Origin: a virus
Taxonomy: Duplodnaviria > Caudoviricetes
Reading direction: 5' to 3' (one strand)
Length of the DNA stretch: 26,170 nucleotides
Virus record (IMG/VR): IMGVR_UViG_3300020045_001001
Coordinates: 1-26,170 of that record
Shown one piece after another: positions 23,795-26,170 of this stretch. Under the pieces are notes generated by a model. That model had not been told where the DNA came from. It made no database searches and saw only the letters and a program-made list of their open reading frames with translations. How positions within the stretch are numbered: position 1 is the first letter of the stretch; every line of letters begins with the position of its first letter. The translations under genes and the position numbers were made by a program.

Positions 23795-24255
23795 TGGTCG
23801 CAAACCTCACTTCCGATCTCAGGTTGATCGGTTACTTGGGGCCAAGTCAGTCTATGCTGAATCTCTGCAATAGATCGTTGGCACATACCATACAACTTTG
23901 CATATGCTCGTTGTGTCATTTCTTTCTTTCTTATATGTCTCACAATGTCTGGTGTTGCCTTAGCATTATGATGCTTAATTCCATTGTTATGTGGGCATCT
24001 GCCTTTAGCATACATATCCCGCATATTGTCTCTATGCGTGCCTAAAAACAAATGTTGTGGATTAACACAACTAGGATTATCACAGGTATGACAGACATGG
24101 AGTTCTTGTGGAAAACTTCCTTTGTAAAACTGGTAGGAATATCTATGGGCCATCATCTGTTTATGGTAACCATATCCCTGTCGATGCTTTGGACCAAACC
24201 ATTCCCAGCATTCGTCTCCTGTTCCTTGTTTAAAGTTATCTTCCCATTTAATCAT
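23791..24255 (-). CDS. HNH homing endonuclease between the two polymerase parts, 154 aa
   Basis: ECWEWFG...GYG...AHRYSY...VCHTCDNPSCVNPQHLFLGTHRDNMRDM, followed by a C-terminal HTH-like segment. Confidence 0.9.
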   Translation of the reverse strand: MIKWEDNFKQGTGDECWEWFGPKHRQGYGYHKQMMAHRYSYQFYKGSFPQELHVCHTCDNPSCVNPQHLFLGTHRDNMRDMYAKGRCPHNNGIKHHNAKATPDIVRHIRKKEMTQRAYAKLYGMCQRSIAEIQHRLTWPQVTDQPEIGSEVCDQ

Positions 24256-25390
24256 ATCTACTCACACAATATCTTTTACAGCCGGGGGGCATGTTTTGTT
24301 GGTTAGGTTTGGTTCCACTAAGGCGTCCAGTGATTGCAACACATTGGTTAAACTGTCCATGGACGATGTTATCCTGCCACGAGTGTTCTTGAATAAGATT
24401 TGGGATTCCGTCGTAGTAGGTACCCCTAAGCTTCTCAATTCCACGGCGGTCAAGTAGAGCCTGAATGATTTTCTTAACTCTGCCAGTGCTTCTGAGATTA
24501 TTAAGTACGTCTTCACTGGTTCCATAATACCCCTCTTTGGCTAAGGCACTTCCTTTTAATGGCTCTATGAGCCTAGCAAGTTTATATACTTTTTCCACAT
24601 TCTGAAACTTCGCCTGGCCCACTCTTGCACCAGACTTAAAGACTCCAATAGGAACCTTAACAGTCTCAGAGATTTCTCCACCATATAGCATACAGCTAAT
24701 GTGATTAGGAGAACCAAGATTGATGGGAATATCAGGAAACTCAGAATAAATGATAGCATCAAACTTGGTGCTTTCTTTTTCCAGTCGTATAGATTCCGCC
24801 TTCGCTGCGTCACTTGCGAATAAAAAGCCATTATATTCCATCTCCTGTAACACCATCAAATCATAACAAGCTAAACGAAACAGTCGATACTTACTTGCAT
24901 GTTCTGGTTTCTTGAACTCTTCTACTTGAGCAAGGTAAAGCAAGTAAGTGCTTGTGATATCACCTCGAAGGTACTCCTCAAGGATCTCATGCGGGATGGC
25001 ATCTGTGTTAATTCCCCTCTCCCAATATTCCGTCTTAACAATGTCCAGCTTCCGAGGCAAGCCTCTGTTAGCGCATGACTCATCTAGGCTTGGATACTTC
25101 CAACGTTGATTGGATAGAAAGAACTCAGCTAACTGGCAATCCCATATAGGTAAACGTAAGTTAAACTTGATACCAATCCTACGACACCAGTGAAGATCGA
25201 ACTTAGCATTAAATAAAACCACCAATCCGGCGGAAGTAATGGTTTGCTGGACAGCCAATAAATTGGAAGGAATAAAAGGGATATAAAGCTTATCGGTGCC
25301 AATAGCCCCAAGTACCAAAAAGTTAGTTGAATCAAATGGATCTCCTTTGTGTTGGGTAGTTGTTTCTGTGTCGAGCGAGAAGATTTTCAT
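24248..25390 (-). CDS. Family A DNA polymerase, N-terminal part (3'-5' exonuclease plus thumb/palm start), 380 aa
   Basis: ExoI LDTETT, ExoII FNAKFDL, ExoIII YLRGD; HGQFNQ...TGRLSGTKPNQQN. Confidence 0.9.
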   Translation of the reverse strand: MKIFSLDTETTTQHKGDPFDSTNFLVLGAIGTDKLYIPFIPSNLLAVQQTITSAGLVVLFNAKFDLHWCRRIGIKFNLRLPIWDCQLAEFFLSNQRWKYPSLDESCANRGLPRKLDIVKTEYWERGINTDAIPHEILEEYLRGDITSTYLLYLAQVEEFKKPEHASKYRLFRLACYDLMVLQEMEYNGFLFASDAAKAESIRLEKESTKFDAIIYSEFPDIPINLGSPNHISCMLYGGEISETVKVPIGVFKSGARVGQAKFQNVEKVYKLARLIEPLKGSALAKEGYYGTSEDVLNNLRSTGRVKKIIQALLDRRGIEKLRGTYYDGIPNLIQEHSWQDNIVHGQFNQCVAITGRLSGTKPNQQNMPPGCKRYCVSRYD

Positions 25391-25662
25391 TTATCTCTGG
25401 GCCAATGGTCTGGTAATGCTTGTAATGAAATATCCTTGAATCGTATCTGATTGAAGAATTGATTCTTATTCATGAATGCTTTGCAGATATCATCTACCAA
25501 GGCTTTCTTCATAGGTAGGGGAATTTCTGTCCTATTCCGAATACACTTGGCAAACATATCTGCCTCATACTCTCGCATATATGCCTCCTTTGCGAAGTTT
25601 TTAGCAACCCACTCTCGAAACTCGACAGTGCGATACTCTGTTGTTTTTTTAGGAGTTACCAT
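25387..25662 (-). CDS. Hypothetical protein, 91 aa
   Basis: TAATG overlap with the helicase and ATGA overlap with the polymerase. Confidence 0.7.
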   Translation of the reverse strand: MVTPKKTTEYRTVEFREWVAKNFAKEAYMREYEADMFAKCIRNRTEIPLPMKKALVDDICKAFMNKNQFFNQIRFKDISLQALPDHWPRDK

Positions 25663-26170
25663 TATTTATAATCCGAATATCTTGCTCGTTGGGGTTCTAT
25701 GATAGCGTCGAACTTGCCATGCCTCATAGTATTGTCAGTGTCTTCATCGCCAGATAGCTTGTTCTTGCTTGCGTGAAAGTGGCGAATATATTCAAAACCA
25801 TCTTGATGTGTGGCGCCGATGCCTAAGATCCAATCAGCTTCTGCTTGTTTGGATGTTTTGGCGGAAGCTACATTCTCCATTGTGAGCCACTTTTTACCTT
25901 CACCTGTGCCATCTGCTTGACATACACCGATTACTGGGCAATACATCTTTGCTAGTTCCCTAGCCCATTGATAGATGGTTCCCAGTCGGAGATCTTCCCG
26001 GTCTCCTACAAAACCCTTCACCTTATCGAGTTGATCGAAGATGATGCAGGAGGGGTTAAGTTCGCGGCATATACGCTCCACTTGGGTCTTAGATATACTA
26101 GCCGAATCGTATATCTTGAGTTTACCTTTGATTAGATTATGGTAACGGAGGTTTGAGTCTTTCTTATCGA
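25662..26170 (-). CDS. DnaB/T7 gp4-type replicative helicase, C-terminal part (5' end outside the window)
   Basis: Frame is open to the window edge; Walker B IIFDQLD, GVCQAD, KQAEADWILGIG and SKNK motifs. Confidence 0.85.
   Translation of the reverse strand, partial: DKKDSNLRYHNLIKGKLKIYDSASISKTQVERICRELNPSCIIFDQLDKVKGFVGDREDLRLGTIYQWARELAKMYCPVIGVCQADGTGEGKKWLTMENVASAKTSKQAEADWILGIGATHQDGFEYIRHFHASKNKLSGDEDTDNTMRHGKFDAIIEPQRARYSDYK

Noticed and set aside
23795-23810. ORF-track start of the polymerase C-terminal part (MRFATSDYRK...)
   Set aside because: The neighbouring frame from GTG 23794 has the better RBS spacing, GTGA coupling and a proper motif A (NADVKSLE).
1-26170. tRNA, rRNA, CRISPR array, reverse transcriptase/DGR, IS elements
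   Set aside because: None recognisable; the window is almost fully coding, with intergenic gaps under about 85 nt.

Overview
The window is an internal segment of a tailed dsDNA phage (podovirus-like) genome with two convergent arms. The + strand arm (1-15733) encodes virion proteins: fibre/spike proteins, P22 gp4-like and gp10-like tail proteins, ejection proteins including a 1518-aa protein with an HExxH motif, and a GH108 endolysin. The - strand arm (15778-26170) encodes replication and nucleotide metabolism: a DnaB-type helicase (partial), a split family A DNA polymerase, SSB, 5'-3' exonuclease, metallophosphoesterase, MazG-like and dATP/dGTP diphosphohydrolase-like proteins, a class II ribonucleotide reductase and three HNH-type nucleases. 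The arms meet at a bidirectional terminator, a layout resembling cobaviruses/Zobellviridae (inference). Most notable: (1) a catalytically intact lambda-Int-like tyrosine recombinase without an arm-binding domain sits inside the virion operon, directly after a GC-rich SGNH-esterase module bracketed by two imperfect inverted 18-bp sites (423-440 and 1825-1842), suggesting a site-specific receptor-binding-module exchange system; (2) an 8-nt out-of-frame insert separates DNA polymerase motif A from the rest of the polymerase domain; (3) the HNH gene downstream of nrdJ ends in a second copy of the RNR C-terminal GG[ST]CG motif. All calls come from reading the sequence by eye; no database searches were run.
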